A DNA stretch of 35,394 nucleotides from a virus (IMGVR_UViG_2711768013_000020), one strand, 5' to 3'; numbered from the stretch's first letter, positions 20,694 through 29,360 are shown. Made by a program: numbers and translations. The notes: a model not told the origin generated them from the letters alone.

Positions 20694-20699
20694 ACCAGA

Positions 20700-21752
20700 T
20701 TATTTCCCCACCAGCTCGTTTATCTCTTTCACTGTCTGATTAAACCGCTCTGACTCAAGCTCAACACCTAAGGCCCGACGCCCCAGCGCCATTGCTGCTT
20801 TTATTGTGGAACCGGATCCCATAAAAAAATCAGCAACCAGATCACCTGGTCGACTACTGGCATTGATTATTTGCCTGAGCATATCCGCCGGTTTCTCACA
20901 CGGATGTTTCCCCGGGTAGAACTGAACGGGTTTATGCATCCAGACATCGGTATAAGGCACGGAGACTGATACGGAGAAATAGCGCCGGAGAGATTTAAAC
21001 TCATCCAGCAATTCAGAATATTTACGATTCAGTGAATCATAAGATGCCACCAGCTGGTGGTGTGGTTGTTCCAGTTGTTGTTCCTGAAACTTCTCTGCCG
21101 CTATACGGGAAAACAGTGCCTGTAACTTCCGATAGTCAGCCTCATTCGGCAACTGCCACTGACTGGCACCAAACCAGTGGGAAACCATATTTTTCTTACC
21201 TGTGGCTTCGGCAATTTGTTTTGCCGTTATACCCAGTTCGGCACGAGCATCCCTGAAATACGATATCAGCGGTGCCATTATGTGCTGTTTGAGTTCCCTT
21301 TCTTTTGCCGCATAGCCGTCACTTTTGCCGCGATATGGCCCCTGGTAATGTTCAGCAAACAGAACGCGCTCTGTGGCAGGAAAATATGCGCGCAGACTTT
21401 CTTTATTACACCCATTCCAACGTCCGGACGGCTTCGCCCAGATGATATGGTTAAGCACGTTGAAACGTTCACGCATCATGATCTCAATATCAGATGCCAG
21501 GCGATGCCCACAGAACAGGTAAAGGCTTCCGGCAGGTTTCAACACCCGCCAGAACTGGGCCAGACAGTGGTCCAGCCACTTAAGGTAATCTTCGTCCCCT
21601 TTCCACTGATTGTCCCAACCGTTGGGTTTCACCTTGAAGTAAGGCGGATCGGTAACAATCAGGTCAATGGAATCATCAGGCAGGGACTGAATAAAATGCA
21701 GGCAATCAGCGTTGATTAAATCAACACTGTTTATTTTTACAGTATTTTTCAT
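20700..21752 (-). CDS. DNA methyltransferase, beta-class (N6-adenine or N4-cytosine), with no adjacent restriction endonuclease
   Basis: 350 aa; DPPY catalytic motif near the N-terminus (IVTDPPYF) and SAM-binding FFMGSGST near the C-terminus. Confidence 0.85.
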
Positions 21753-21902
21753 GGATCAGTAAGCGTAACTCTGGTAGGCTCACTCTGCTTTTGCGCTAAA
21801 GCAGTGGGCCGTGGTTCGCTTGTGACCAGTAAGCATGAGCGAATGGCTGGCAGGTGCTACCAACACCCACCAGCCGCCCATTTTCACAGCAGGAAACCGC
21901 CA

Positions 21903-22130
21903 TTACTGGCAGCGTCTGAATTTATTCCCGTACCCGCCGTTATCCTTCGCCAGACCCGCCAGAACTAACTGAGTCAGTATTAACTGGCACCGGGCTTCGC
22001 TTACTCCGGTAGTTCTCGTCATCATGCGTGGCGTTACCCACTTGTCAGCAGGTAAGAAATGAAGGACTGCGGCGGCGGTTTCTGTCATATCTTGCTGTTT
22101 TAGCATGTCTTTTTCCCTTCTGGTTAACAT
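21903..22130 (-). CDS. Hypothetical small protein (75 aa)
   Basis: ORF only; no recognised family. Confidence 0.35.
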   Translation of the reverse strand: MLTRREKDMLKQQDMTETAAAVLHFLPADKWVTPRMMTRTTGVSEARCQLILTQLVLAGLAKDNGGYGNKFRRCQ

Positions 22131-22226
22131 GACATACCAATAACTCTTGTCTAAAAAGCCAGCAAGATAAAAAGTCAGTATTCACGACCACCAGCGTGTT
22201 TACTGTACTGCACCAAGTTTACGGGT

Positions 22227-22251
22227 ACAAAAAACCCGCTCAGTGGCGGGT
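22227..22251 (-). terminator. Intrinsic terminator downstream of the lipoprotein gene (copy 1 of a repeated element)
   Basis: ACCCGC-n6-GCGGGT hairpin followed by TTTTTT on the minus strand. Confidence 0.55.
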
Positions 22252-22329
22252 TGCTATCACAGCTATATATTTACTTATTATGCCGTTACTAACATTTATC
22301 TTCGACATATAATCGAAAACAAGGTTTGC

Positions 22330-22755
22330 TTAAAACTCTGCTTTCATTTTATCCGGGAATTTTTTATTTGCAGCATAATAACTACCAAGTACATAAGCGT
22401 TCATTTGCTGCTCTACATCAACCCGACATGCCGCACTAGAACAAGCTCCACTGATAAGCCCAAAAGAACTCCCTTTAGCAGAGAGATCAGCTTTGATTTC
22501 CTCTACAGTGTTTTTCCCCATAGCAACTACACACCCTGTCACAATATATCTAGCTTTCACATCATCCATGCTAAGGATAGTAGTTTTCGCAATTTTGCTG
22601 TATCCATCATTTTTATAAACATCCATGGCAAACGCACGGCAATCTGTATAATACGGACTTGCTTTAACTTGCGAATACTCAGGTAATTTCATACCTGCAC
22701 AACCAACTAAACAAAAACCTATCGCTGCTATTAATACCTTTTTCATTACAGTCAT
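22330..22755 (-). CDS. Lipoprotein of unknown function (moron downstream of Q)
   Basis: MKKVLIAAIGFCLVGCAG signal peptide with lipobox; AT-rich coding sequence; flanked by terminators. Confidence 0.7.
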   Translation of the reverse strand: MTVMKKVLIAAIGFCLVGCAGMKLPEYSQVKASPYYTDCRAFAMDVYKNDGYSKIAKTTILSMDDVKARYIVTGCVVAMGKNTVEEIKADLSAKGSSFGLISGACSSAACRVDVEQQMNAYVLGSYYAANKKFPDKMKAEF

Positions 22756-22902
22756 AACCTAGAAGCATCATTGAAACTAATTTATTAAATAACCATCGAG
22801 TTTCTGGAATACAGACGTTAACCATCTCTCCAAAATCTAAAAGATAATAAGAAAAAATGTTTAACGCACCAATCCATTTCATAGTTTCATGAGACATCAG
22901 GC

Positions 22903-22931
22903 ACAAAAAACCCGCTCAGCGGCGGGTTTTT
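22903..22931 (-). terminator. Intrinsic terminator downstream of Q (tR'-like; copy 2 of the repeated element)
   Basis: AAAAAACCCGCTCAGCGGCGGGTTTTT: same stem as 22227-22251 with U-runs on both strands. Confidence 0.55.
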
Positions 22932-22974
22932 GACATTTACCAACGGTAGACATACAAGGCCCATCGTTGAGAAA

Positions 22975-23003
22975 ATCTTATCCATATTTTTTGAAAAATG
23001 CAA
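22975..23003 (-). promoter_or_regulatory. Candidate late promoter (PR'-like) between Q and the tR'-like terminator
   Basis: Minus strand TTGCAT - 17 nt - TAAGAT. Confidence 0.3.
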
Positions 23004-23034
23004 GTATCACGTCGACATCTTCGGCGAAAATTAT

Positions 23035-23787
23035 CTATCTTGTCACTTTTCTCAATTGCGATTCAGCATACGCTTCTTCCTGCCAGCACTTTGTAACCAG
23101 TTTATTAATAACGTCTGCATATCCTTTGTACCACTGATAATCCGTCAGGTCCGGTACCAGTTTCTGGACATGATGCCGCGCCAGTGTGGTTGGTAAACGG
23201 CTAAACCGGTTGCCATTGCAACGCCCACAAATCTTATAAACAGGCACACCATGAAGCCGGGTTCTTTTTTCATCCAGGACAATACCTTTACCCTTACACC
23301 CTCTGCACGCTGTGCTGACTTCTCCCTTACCATGGCAATGCTGACATAGTTCCTTCACCCACTCTTCCTTGATAACAGATTCCCCGCTTCTGGAGTGTTT
23401 CACCACTTCGCGCAATACATTATGAAATCCAGTACCAGCACAATGCTCACAGCGAGCCTTACTTGCCGCAGACCTGGAATAATCAGCAAAGGCAAAATTC
23501 ACAAGGTAAGGGATGATCTGTAACCGGGTTTCTTCACTCAATTTGTTCAATGTCGGGTTATCCAGTGCCATCGCGTAATTGAGCAGACCTTCAATCGCAA
23601 ATTGAGGATCCTGAACACCAACTTTTGCCAGGAATAAGGCAAACCCAAGCGGTGCTTTCGACTGCACCATCCCCTGCGCAGCCATCACATCCGTAATCGT
23701 TAAACCACCTGAGCCTGTCGCCGGTGCGTCATCGCTCAATTTTGGAGATTTTGGGGAGTAATATTTTGGTAAGGCTTCAAGGTTCAT
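23035..23787 (-). CDS. Q: Late-gene antiterminator Q
   Basis: From ATG 23787 MNLEALPKYYSPKSPKLSDD...; zinc-binding CxxC pairs (CEHCAGTG, CGRCNG), C-terminal ...LRKVTR; lambda Q-like. Confidence 0.85.
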   Translation of the reverse strand: MNLEALPKYYSPKSPKLSDDAPATGSGGLTITDVMAAQGMVQSKAPLGFALFLAKVGVQDPQFAIEGLLNYAMALDNPTLNKLSEETRLQIIPYLVNFAFADYSRSAASKARCEHCAGTGFHNVLREVVKHSRSGESVIKEEWVKELCQHCHGKGEVSTACRGCKGKGIVLDEKRTRLHGVPVYKICGRCNGNRFSRLPTTLARHHVQKLVPDLTDYQWYKGYADVINKLVTKCWQEEAYAESQLRKVTR

Positions 23788-23800
23788 GCTCGTTCTCCAC

Positions 23801-24796
23801 TTACGCCAATACGCCAATTGCCAGCGCACGATCGATAAAACGAAATATCAGCTCCAGCTGGGAGCCATACTTCTCTTCAAATGCCACGGTATCCGCATGC
23901 AGCTCGTCGTGATGCTTTCTGCACAAAGGCAACACAAAGAGGTCATGCGCTTTTGTACCCATTCCACCCTGACCGTGGCCTATCAGGTGGTGGGGATCAT
24001 CAGCAGGCTTTCCACAACATGCACACGGCTGTGTCTTAACCCAGCGCGTGTACTTTTCATTAACCCAGCGGCGGCGTTTTGGGCGTAACATAAAAGACTC
24101 CGGCGACTCCGGATCCACTTTCAGCGCCAGCACCTTTTTTGCCTTATCCTGGATGATGCTGGTGGCAGGAACCGAAGGCACAAGGTCACTTTCCCGGGTG
24201 ACAGACGGCACAACAGGCTTTGGTAATCTCAGTGCCTTACGGGCTGCACTTTCCGGTAAGGCATCCGCCAGGTCATTACGAATCAGCCACCAGCACAGTT
24301 CCGGCATTGTCACAACGTGACTATCATCAAAACCGAGATCCCGACGCACAACAGACAACACCCAGCGGGCACAGTTATCCGTTGCCATTGATTCCAGCCG
24401 TTCCGTGAACTGATCGCGCAGCTGGTTATCGCAGTGCCAGCACAGACGGATTGCGCCCGGAGCGTGTCGCATTGTGGTCATGTTCTCGCTGTGCCAGTCG
24501 GAATGAGGCCACTGGCAGCCTTTTTCACGAAGTAACCAGCTTTCAAGACATTCCACGCCACCAGCACGACGGATCACTGCCTCATTGCGGAACACGGCCC
24601 GAACGGCAGGATCATCCGCCAGCGGTTGTGATGCCGCCGGAACGGCACCACTGGCGAAAGATGAATAACGTTCCGGCTCAGGCTCCAGCAGAACACGCCC
24701 CTGCATAAACAGGGGCATCAGCTCTGAACCTGGCCTGAACAATACGATCCCCATACGCGGGGCAATTTCAGGGGTCAGTAGTGCTCTCACGGTCAC
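23801..24796 (-). CDS. nin-region protein with C-terminal HNH-like zinc-finger motif (DUF968-like)
   Basis: 331 aa; C-terminal CACCGKPADDPHHLIGHG...CRKHHDELH. Confidence 0.5.
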   Translation of the reverse strand: MTVRALLTPEIAPRMGIVLFRPGSELMPLFMQGRVLLEPEPERYSSFASGAVPAASQPLADDPAVRAVFRNEAVIRRAGGVECLESWLLREKGCQWPHSDWHSENMTTMRHAPGAIRLCWHCDNQLRDQFTERLESMATDNCARWVLSVVRRDLGFDDSHVVTMPELCWWLIRNDLADALPESAARKALRLPKPVVPSVTRESDLVPSVPATSIIQDKAKKVLALKVDPESPESFMLRPKRRRWVNEKYTRWVKTQPCACCGKPADDPHHLIGHGQGGMGTKAHDLFVLPLCRKHHDELHADTVAFEEKYGSQLELIFRFIDRALAIGVLA

Positions 24797-24797
24797 C

Positions 24798-25607
24798 TCA
24801 ATGAACGGTATCGAGCAGCTTTAACAGCTCAGGGAATCGGGATTCGAAGAAATGCGGCTGCGTCTCGCGCGGATTTGCAGGACTGGTGATGTTCTTGCCG
24901 AACATGCAGCCTTTCGCCGTCAGCGACCAGAATTTTTTGATGTTGTTAATCGCGGTACGGCTGTATCGTTCGCGTTGTTCAACGATCCCCAGCTTCACCA
25001 TCTGGTGATATGCCTGATTAGCCGTCAGGCGGATACCATACTGCTTCAGCAGTGCACTCAGCGACAGCGTGGGGCGACTTGAGCCATCAGGCGCGTCAGC
25101 AGGAGCATCAATGGCATAGCGCGGTGCCAGATTCGGTAAGCCAACAGCCTCCTGAAGCTTCTGACAGGCTCCAAGCACTGATGAGTTAGACAGATTTAAT
25201 TCCCGGCGCATAAAGTCCAGCAGGATCACGCCAGCCTGCATCTTGTCAGCAGCCTGTCCGGATAATTTTTCCGGTGCGCTGGTTACCATGTCGAAAGTAC
25301 GGATCACCTTCAGATGGAATGACGGGCTGATCCACATTGCATAGGCATACACCAGTTCTTTGCAGACATACGTCCCCTGGTTATTTCCGCCATTAATGAC
25401 GCTAACTGGTTGATTTTGTTCCAGAGGCGGAATTCCACCCTCGGTGAAAAGTTGTTCAATCAATTCACAGGTTTGCTTATTGGAGAGCCAGTATTTCGGG
25501 CGGTTTTTTTGTTCTCCCCCGGCTGCCCTGTGCAGATCGTTCAGGCTGTAACGCCCATAAGCATCACGACGAACTTCAATACCATCAATGACCATCAGAT
25601 TATTCAT
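24798..25607 (-). CDS. KilA-N domain protein
   Basis: From ATG 25607 MNNLMVIDGIEVRRDAYGRYSLNDLHRAAGGEQKNRPKYWL (KilA-N-like), RBS GAGGAG. Confidence 0.7.
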   Translation of the reverse strand: MNNLMVIDGIEVRRDAYGRYSLNDLHRAAGGEQKNRPKYWLSNKQTCELIEQLFTEGGIPPLEQNQPVSVINGGNNQGTYVCKELVYAYAMWISPSFHLKVIRTFDMVTSAPEKLSGQAADKMQAGVILLDFMRRELNLSNSSVLGACQKLQEAVGLPNLAPRYAIDAPADAPDGSSRPTLSLSALLKQYGIRLTANQAYHQMVKLGIVEQRERYSRTAINNIKKFWSLTAKGCMFGKNITSPANPRETQPHFFESRFPELLKLLDTVH

Positions 25608-25626
25608 ACTTCGTTTCTCCTCTTGA

Positions 25627-26016
25627 TCAGGCGGCTGCACCCGCCGGTTTCTCATACTTACTGATAGTGATCTCGACCTTCCCTTTCTGGATAACCGGTC
25701 CCCACTCCACCAGCATTCTTTTCACCTGGCTGTCGTCTTCCCACACCCCCGCGTGGGTCAGGGCGTCAAACAGCGCCTTGTTATAGTTGTCCAGATCGCG
25801 GATCCGGTTATCCGGAGGAAACAACACGATCTCCACTGAAGCAGGTGCCGACGTTGGTTTTGGCAGACGACGTAACTGCTCAACTATTGCTGCGCACGCC
25901 GCGCTCTGAAATTTTCGCCCCGCCGCGCTTATCAGGCTCTTACCAGCAAATGCCCCTTTGTTGGGGTGTCGCCAGTACGTGTTCACGCTGGGCGGGAAAG
26001 GCAGGATCAGCTTCAT
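25627..26016 (-). CDS. rusA: Holliday junction resolvase RusA
   Basis: 129 aa; MKLILPFPPSVNTYWRH...RDLDNYNKALFDALTHAGVWEDDSQV matches RusA motifs. Confidence 0.85.
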   Translation of the reverse strand: MKLILPFPPSVNTYWRHPNKGAFAGKSLISAAGRKFQSAACAAIVEQLRRLPKPTSAPASVEIVLFPPDNRIRDLDNYNKALFDALTHAGVWEDDSQVKRMLVEWGPVIQKGKVEITISKYEKPAGAAA

Positions 26017-26339
26017 ACTTTCAGGCCTCTCTCATGTAACCAGTGGGTTGCACGCAGCCTGGCGTTTTCCTCACCGGCAAGCAGTGAGCGGATAATCCCG
26101 ACCGCCTCGCTGTCGTCGTCCTTCACCGCGGTATGAAGAGTGATACCCCGGGCCATGCCACGCTTTATCGTGATGACGCCTTTTTTCTCCAGTGCGCGAA
26201 GATGTTCCACCGCTGCATTCACTGAACGGTATCCCAGCATGGTTGCCACCTCCTGATTGGTTGGCGGGAAGCCACGTTCTTTCTGGTAAGAAATCAGCAT
26301 ATCCAGCACCTGCTGCTGGCATTGAGTTAACGTCGTCAT
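26013..26339 (-). CDS. LexA N-terminal DNA-binding-domain homologue lacking the S24 peptidase domain
   Basis: 108 aa; MTTLTQCQQQVLDMLISYQKERGFPPTNQEVATMLGYRSVNAAVEHLRALEKKGVITIKRGMARGITL follows the LexA N-terminal domain pattern. Confidence 0.6.
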   Translation of the reverse strand: MTTLTQCQQQVLDMLISYQKERGFPPTNQEVATMLGYRSVNAAVEHLRALEKKGVITIKRGMARGITLHTAVKDDDSEAVGIIRSLLAGEENARLRATHWLHERGLKV

Positions 26340-26989
26340 GCCGCCATCTCCCTGACCAGTTTTTCCGCCTGCTGGCGAACCTGCGCCAGAAACGCCTCAC
26401 CACATGCCTCAAGTTCATCGCGCCCGATGTAGCTGATTGCCGGTCCCTTCCAGGTCTTGTCGAAAACAGCAATAGCACCAGCGAAGAAAGCGCCTGTCGG
26501 CACCTGCTTCTCGTCCTTCGGGATAAACCAGGCAGGCAGTTCAAAACCAATACGCCCGCGAATAAAAGCAATATGATCTGCATCTTCCGGCCACCACACT
26601 TCGCTGGTGGCAGCTTTGATCAGGAAAACATAGCGTCCGCCCTTATCACGCATGGCACTGGCATGTTTCATGATGTAACGCATGCCGGTGATGTATTGCC
26701 CTTCATGCTGACTGGCGCGGCTGTACGGGGGATTACCAAAGGCAGCACCTTTAAGCTCCGCAAGACGTTCAGACCAGTCATGCGCCAGCGCGTTGTCTTC
26801 CGCAGTGTAATAAGCGGCACATTTGGCGTTATCACCATCAGTGAACAGATCCAGAACAAACGGGCCAAACAGGGTGTTAATTCCCCAGAAAATGTTATCC
26901 GGCGTGCGCCACTGATCGCCCACTTCCTTCAGTTCATGGGCTGGTTTGTTCCGCAGCTCCACCAGCGCCTGGCAATATTTATTACTCAT
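26336..26989 (-). CDS. Phage Dam-type DNA N6-adenine methyltransferase
   Basis: NPPY motif (AFGNPPYS); probable start ATG 26989 (MSNKYCQALVELRNKP). Confidence 0.8.
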   Translation of the reverse strand: MSNKYCQALVELRNKPAHELKEVGDQWRTPDNIFWGINTLFGPFVLDLFTDGDNAKCAAYYTAEDNALAHDWSERLAELKGAAFGNPPYSRASQHEGQYITGMRYIMKHASAMRDKGGRYVFLIKAATSEVWWPEDADHIAFIRGRIGFELPAWFIPKDEKQVPTGAFFAGAIAVFDKTWKGPAISYIGRDELEACGEAFLAQVRQQAEKLVREMAA

Positions 26990-27477
26990 TAAGCCCCCAC
27001 GTAATTCCCTGACAGATACCACTCTTCACCCGATGCAGCGCGCTTGCTGCTTTTCCGTAAGCACCGCTCACGACGCGCCAGAAAATTGTTTCGTTCTGGC
27101 TGGGAGTGGCTTTCACGGAATGCCGCCATCCACACCGTTGCAGCACGACGGTATAAGCCCCTGGACTCCAGTTCTTCCGCCTGGCGGGTCAGGCACAAAA
27201 TCACCCGGGGATCGTTAGTGCCGACATAGAAATTGCGCACAGGTCTGGTTTCACGAACTGGTTGTGGTTCCGGCTCCTGCGCTCTCTCAGTCAGGCGTGG
27301 GAAATGTCTGCGTGTATCTCCTTCATAACGGTGAGCCACACGCCCACTCTGACGTAACTTGCTTGCTGACTGCAGAACGCGCTGCCGTGAGTAACCTGCA
27401 AAAGCATCCGCAATGTCTCCGGAAGTACACCCCGGATGGGCTTCAATGAATTTCTGAACTTCATTCAAAAGACTCAT
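26989..27477 (-). CDS. PerC-family transcriptional regulator homologue with N-terminal extension
   Basis: C-terminal LESRGLYRRAATVWMAAF...RRERCL matches the PerC/Pch signature; start ATG 27477 with RBS GGGGGTGA. Confidence 0.55.
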   Translation of the reverse strand: MSLLNEVQKFIEAHPGCTSGDIADAFAGYSRQRVLQSASKLRQSGRVAHRYEGDTRRHFPRLTERAQEPEPQPVRETRPVRNFYVGTNDPRVILCLTRQAEELESRGLYRRAATVWMAAFRESHSQPERNNFLARRERCLRKSSKRAASGEEWYLSGNYVGA

Positions 27478-27479
27478 GA

Positions 27480-28298
27480 TCACCCCCTGAATCCTGCCGG
27501 GATCTGGCTGTAGTCCACGTTGTCGTAACTGGCTTTGAAGTACGGGTCCTCGCGTCTGGCTGCAGATACCGCAGGAACTTCCCAGAATTCTTCGAAATGA
27601 CGATCCGGACCAAAGAACGTGACAGCCTGTTTCACAAATTGTGTGCCGCTGTTACCCATCGCAGATACCCATCCCGCGTAGCGTTTCACACCTTCCAGCA
27701 TGGTTTCGGGGTTTACTCCCTCATTCAAACGGGCTTTCCAGGCTTTGAAGGCTGCAGATTTTGAATTGCCACCAGCACGTTTGGGATATGCCAGCCATGC
27801 CTGCTCAAACTCCGGAGAGTATTCCGGTCGGTTTGAACGAACTCGCACGGACTCATCAACTGATGCACCAACAGCTATTGGTTCATTGACTGGTTCTTTG
27901 ACTGGTTCAAAAGAGTGACTGGTTCTGGGTGAATCTCCTGCACTACCCCCTGGTGCAACTCCTGCACTACCTGGTGAATTTGCTGCACCAGATAGTGAAT
28001 TATTTGCACTACCCCCTAGTGAATCTCCTGCACCATCCAGATGAAGGAGATAGATATTACTTGAGTTACCTTTTTCACCTTTCCGGGTGACTTTTTTTAC
28101 CAGCCCGGACTCACAAAGGGCCGCAATATGATTCATCACAGAACGTTTGCTAATTTCGCACTGGTCAGCAATATGCTGGTAGCTGGGCCAGCACTCACCC
28201 TGATCGCTGGCATTATCAGCCAGCTTGATCAGAACCAGTTTTCGCAATGGATTACCCACTCGAATTTTCATCGCTTTAACCATCAGCTCCATACTCAT
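27480..28298 (-). CDS. Replication initiator (O-like replisome organiser: N-terminal winged HTH, Gly/Ser linker, conserved C-terminal domain)
   Basis: MSMELMVKAMKIRVGNPLRKLVLIKLADNASDQGECWPSYQHIADQCEISKRSVMNHIAALCESGLVKKV; RBS GGAGGTG; iterons inside the gene. Confidence 0.7.
   Translation of the reverse strand: MSMELMVKAMKIRVGNPLRKLVLIKLADNASDQGECWPSYQHIADQCEISKRSVMNHIAALCESGLVKKVTRKGEKGNSSNIYLLHLDGAGDSLGGSANNSLSGAANSPGSAGVAPGGSAGDSPRTSHSFEPVKEPVNEPIAVGASVDESVRVRSNRPEYSPEFEQAWLAYPKRAGGNSKSAAFKAWKARLNEGVNPETMLEGVKRYAGWVSAMGNSGTQFVKQAVTFFGPDRHFEEFWEVPAVSAARREDPYFKASYDNVDYSQIPAGFRG
27927..28038. repeat. Five tandem iteron-like repeats (20-25 bp, consensus GGTGAATCTCCTGCACTACCCCCT): candidate replication origin inside the initiator gene
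   Basis: Direct repeats read from the sequence; they encode the Gly/Ser/Ala-rich linker of the initiator. Confidence 0.6.
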
Positions 28299-28531
28299 GC
28301 TGCACCTCCGAGATGCTTCATGTTTTTTCCGGAGCGAAAGGCTATAAGCGGCATACTGACGCGGTAATTACGGCCCAGCGGTTCACAAATCACCTTCTGG
28401 CATTCACGGTCAACCAGGCTAACACGTAGAACATGCCCTGCAGGCGTGGTGTACCACTGCCCAACTGTAGGAATTGATATTTTTTTACGCTGAAGCAAAC
28501 GGCAAATATTGAGGATCAACGGATTAAGCAT
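28295..28531 (-). CDS. Hypothetical protein (78 aa), translationally coupled to the initiator
   Basis: ATG 28531 with RBS GGAGGG; stop overlaps the initiator start (ATGA). Confidence 0.4.
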   Translation of the reverse strand: MLNPLILNICRLLQRKKISIPTVGQWYTTPAGHVLRVSLVDRECQKVICEPLGRNYRVSMPLIAFRSGKNMKHLGGAA

Positions 28532-29360
28532 GACGATGCCCTCCGCTGATATTCAGGAGACGGTGAATATGAAAATTAGCCTTATCCGCCAGACGAATAC
28601 GTTCAGCTTGCAAGTTAAGAAGGGTTTCTACCAGAACCTGATGTGCCTGCGGATCCGAAAGAGTTACCTTGCGCAGAGCACGTAGTGCAGTTGTTACATA
28701 ACTGAGTTTATGTAAGTCTTCATCATTCAGACGAGTGAGGGCTGGGACAGTAGCCATGATGGCAGCCTCCTTGATCGGTGAAATACTTCCACCACCGGAA
28801 ACGCCAATTTCGCTGGTGGTGAACTGAACGGGGTTGGCGTAACCGGTGATCAAGGAAACCGGCGCATCTTTCGATGCCCCCGCCCAGCCCACCATAACTT
28901 TGATGTGAGCAAATGCGGACGATAAAAAAGACGCTGGCGCGTCATATATCGCCTTGATCAATTCCAGGACGCCAATCCCGGCACCCGCTTTATAAGGTGC
29001 CTGAACAGTGTAACGTCCCGGAATGGCAGAATCAATGTGCTGGTGGTCCTTCACACTCAACAAAATCACGCCTGAATTTCCACAAAGGACTAAAGCACTC
29101 ATGCGGGTAGTCTTTGCGAAGATAGATAACGCGCTGTGTTTCTGGCTCCCAACGAATAACATGAACATAAAGTCCTCTTCCGTCACGAAACCAGCGGTTA
29201 AGTTCCTGCACAACTCGCCCCCCACAGTCAGGTAAAGTTCTCTGTGGTTACTTACAGCCAGGTGATTTGGTAATCTGCATTCATGCCGTAACAACAGGTG
29301 TTCAGCGACGCTGACCACCAGCTGTTGCGACAAACGGTTATTTGCCGTTAAACTGTTCAT
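28524..29360 (-). CDS. Hypothetical protein (278 aa) between the cII analogue and the replication initiator
   Basis: ATG 29360 with RBS GGAGAAA, ATGA overlap with the upstream stop; Gly-rich segment SEIGVSGGGSISPIKEAA; no family recognised. Confidence 0.6.
   Translation of the reverse strand: MNSLTANNRLSQQLVVSVAEHLLLRHECRLPNHLAVSNHRELYLTVGGELCRNLTAGFVTEEDFMFMLFVGSQKHSALSIFAKTTRMSALVLCGNSGVILLSVKDHQHIDSAIPGRYTVQAPYKAGAGIGVLELIKAIYDAPASFLSSAFAHIKVMVGWAGASKDAPVSLITGYANPVQFTTSEIGVSGGGSISPIKEAAIMATVPALTRLNDEDLHKLSYVTTALRALRKVTLSDPQAHQVLVETLLNLQAERIRLADKANFHIHRLLNISGGHRHA

Noticed and set aside
20471-20695. Track ORF joining the holin N-terminus across the N gap to NLQRKATRKNYWFSEDSSGITTLSH
   Set aside because: The in-frame continuation depends on the arbitrary 10-N gap length, and the post-gap peptide has no transmembrane segment; only the 24 pre-gap codons are trusted.
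21753-21902. Possible tRNA genes downstream of Q, as in Stx phages
   Set aside because: No cloverleaf-compatible sequence or T-loop-like GTTCGA motif seen by eye here or in 22131-22329; tRNAscan would settle it.
22679-22906. 75-aa minus-strand ORF beginning inside the tR'-like hairpin
   Set aside because: Overlaps the lipoprotein start in another frame, starts inside a terminator stem and has no SD; the lipoprotein frame with its signal peptide is the credible one.
22131-23034. Shiga toxin or other toxin cargo at the Q-to-lysis position
   Set aside because: The only gene in this slot is a 141-aa lipoprotein; no A/B-subunit-like ORFs are present.
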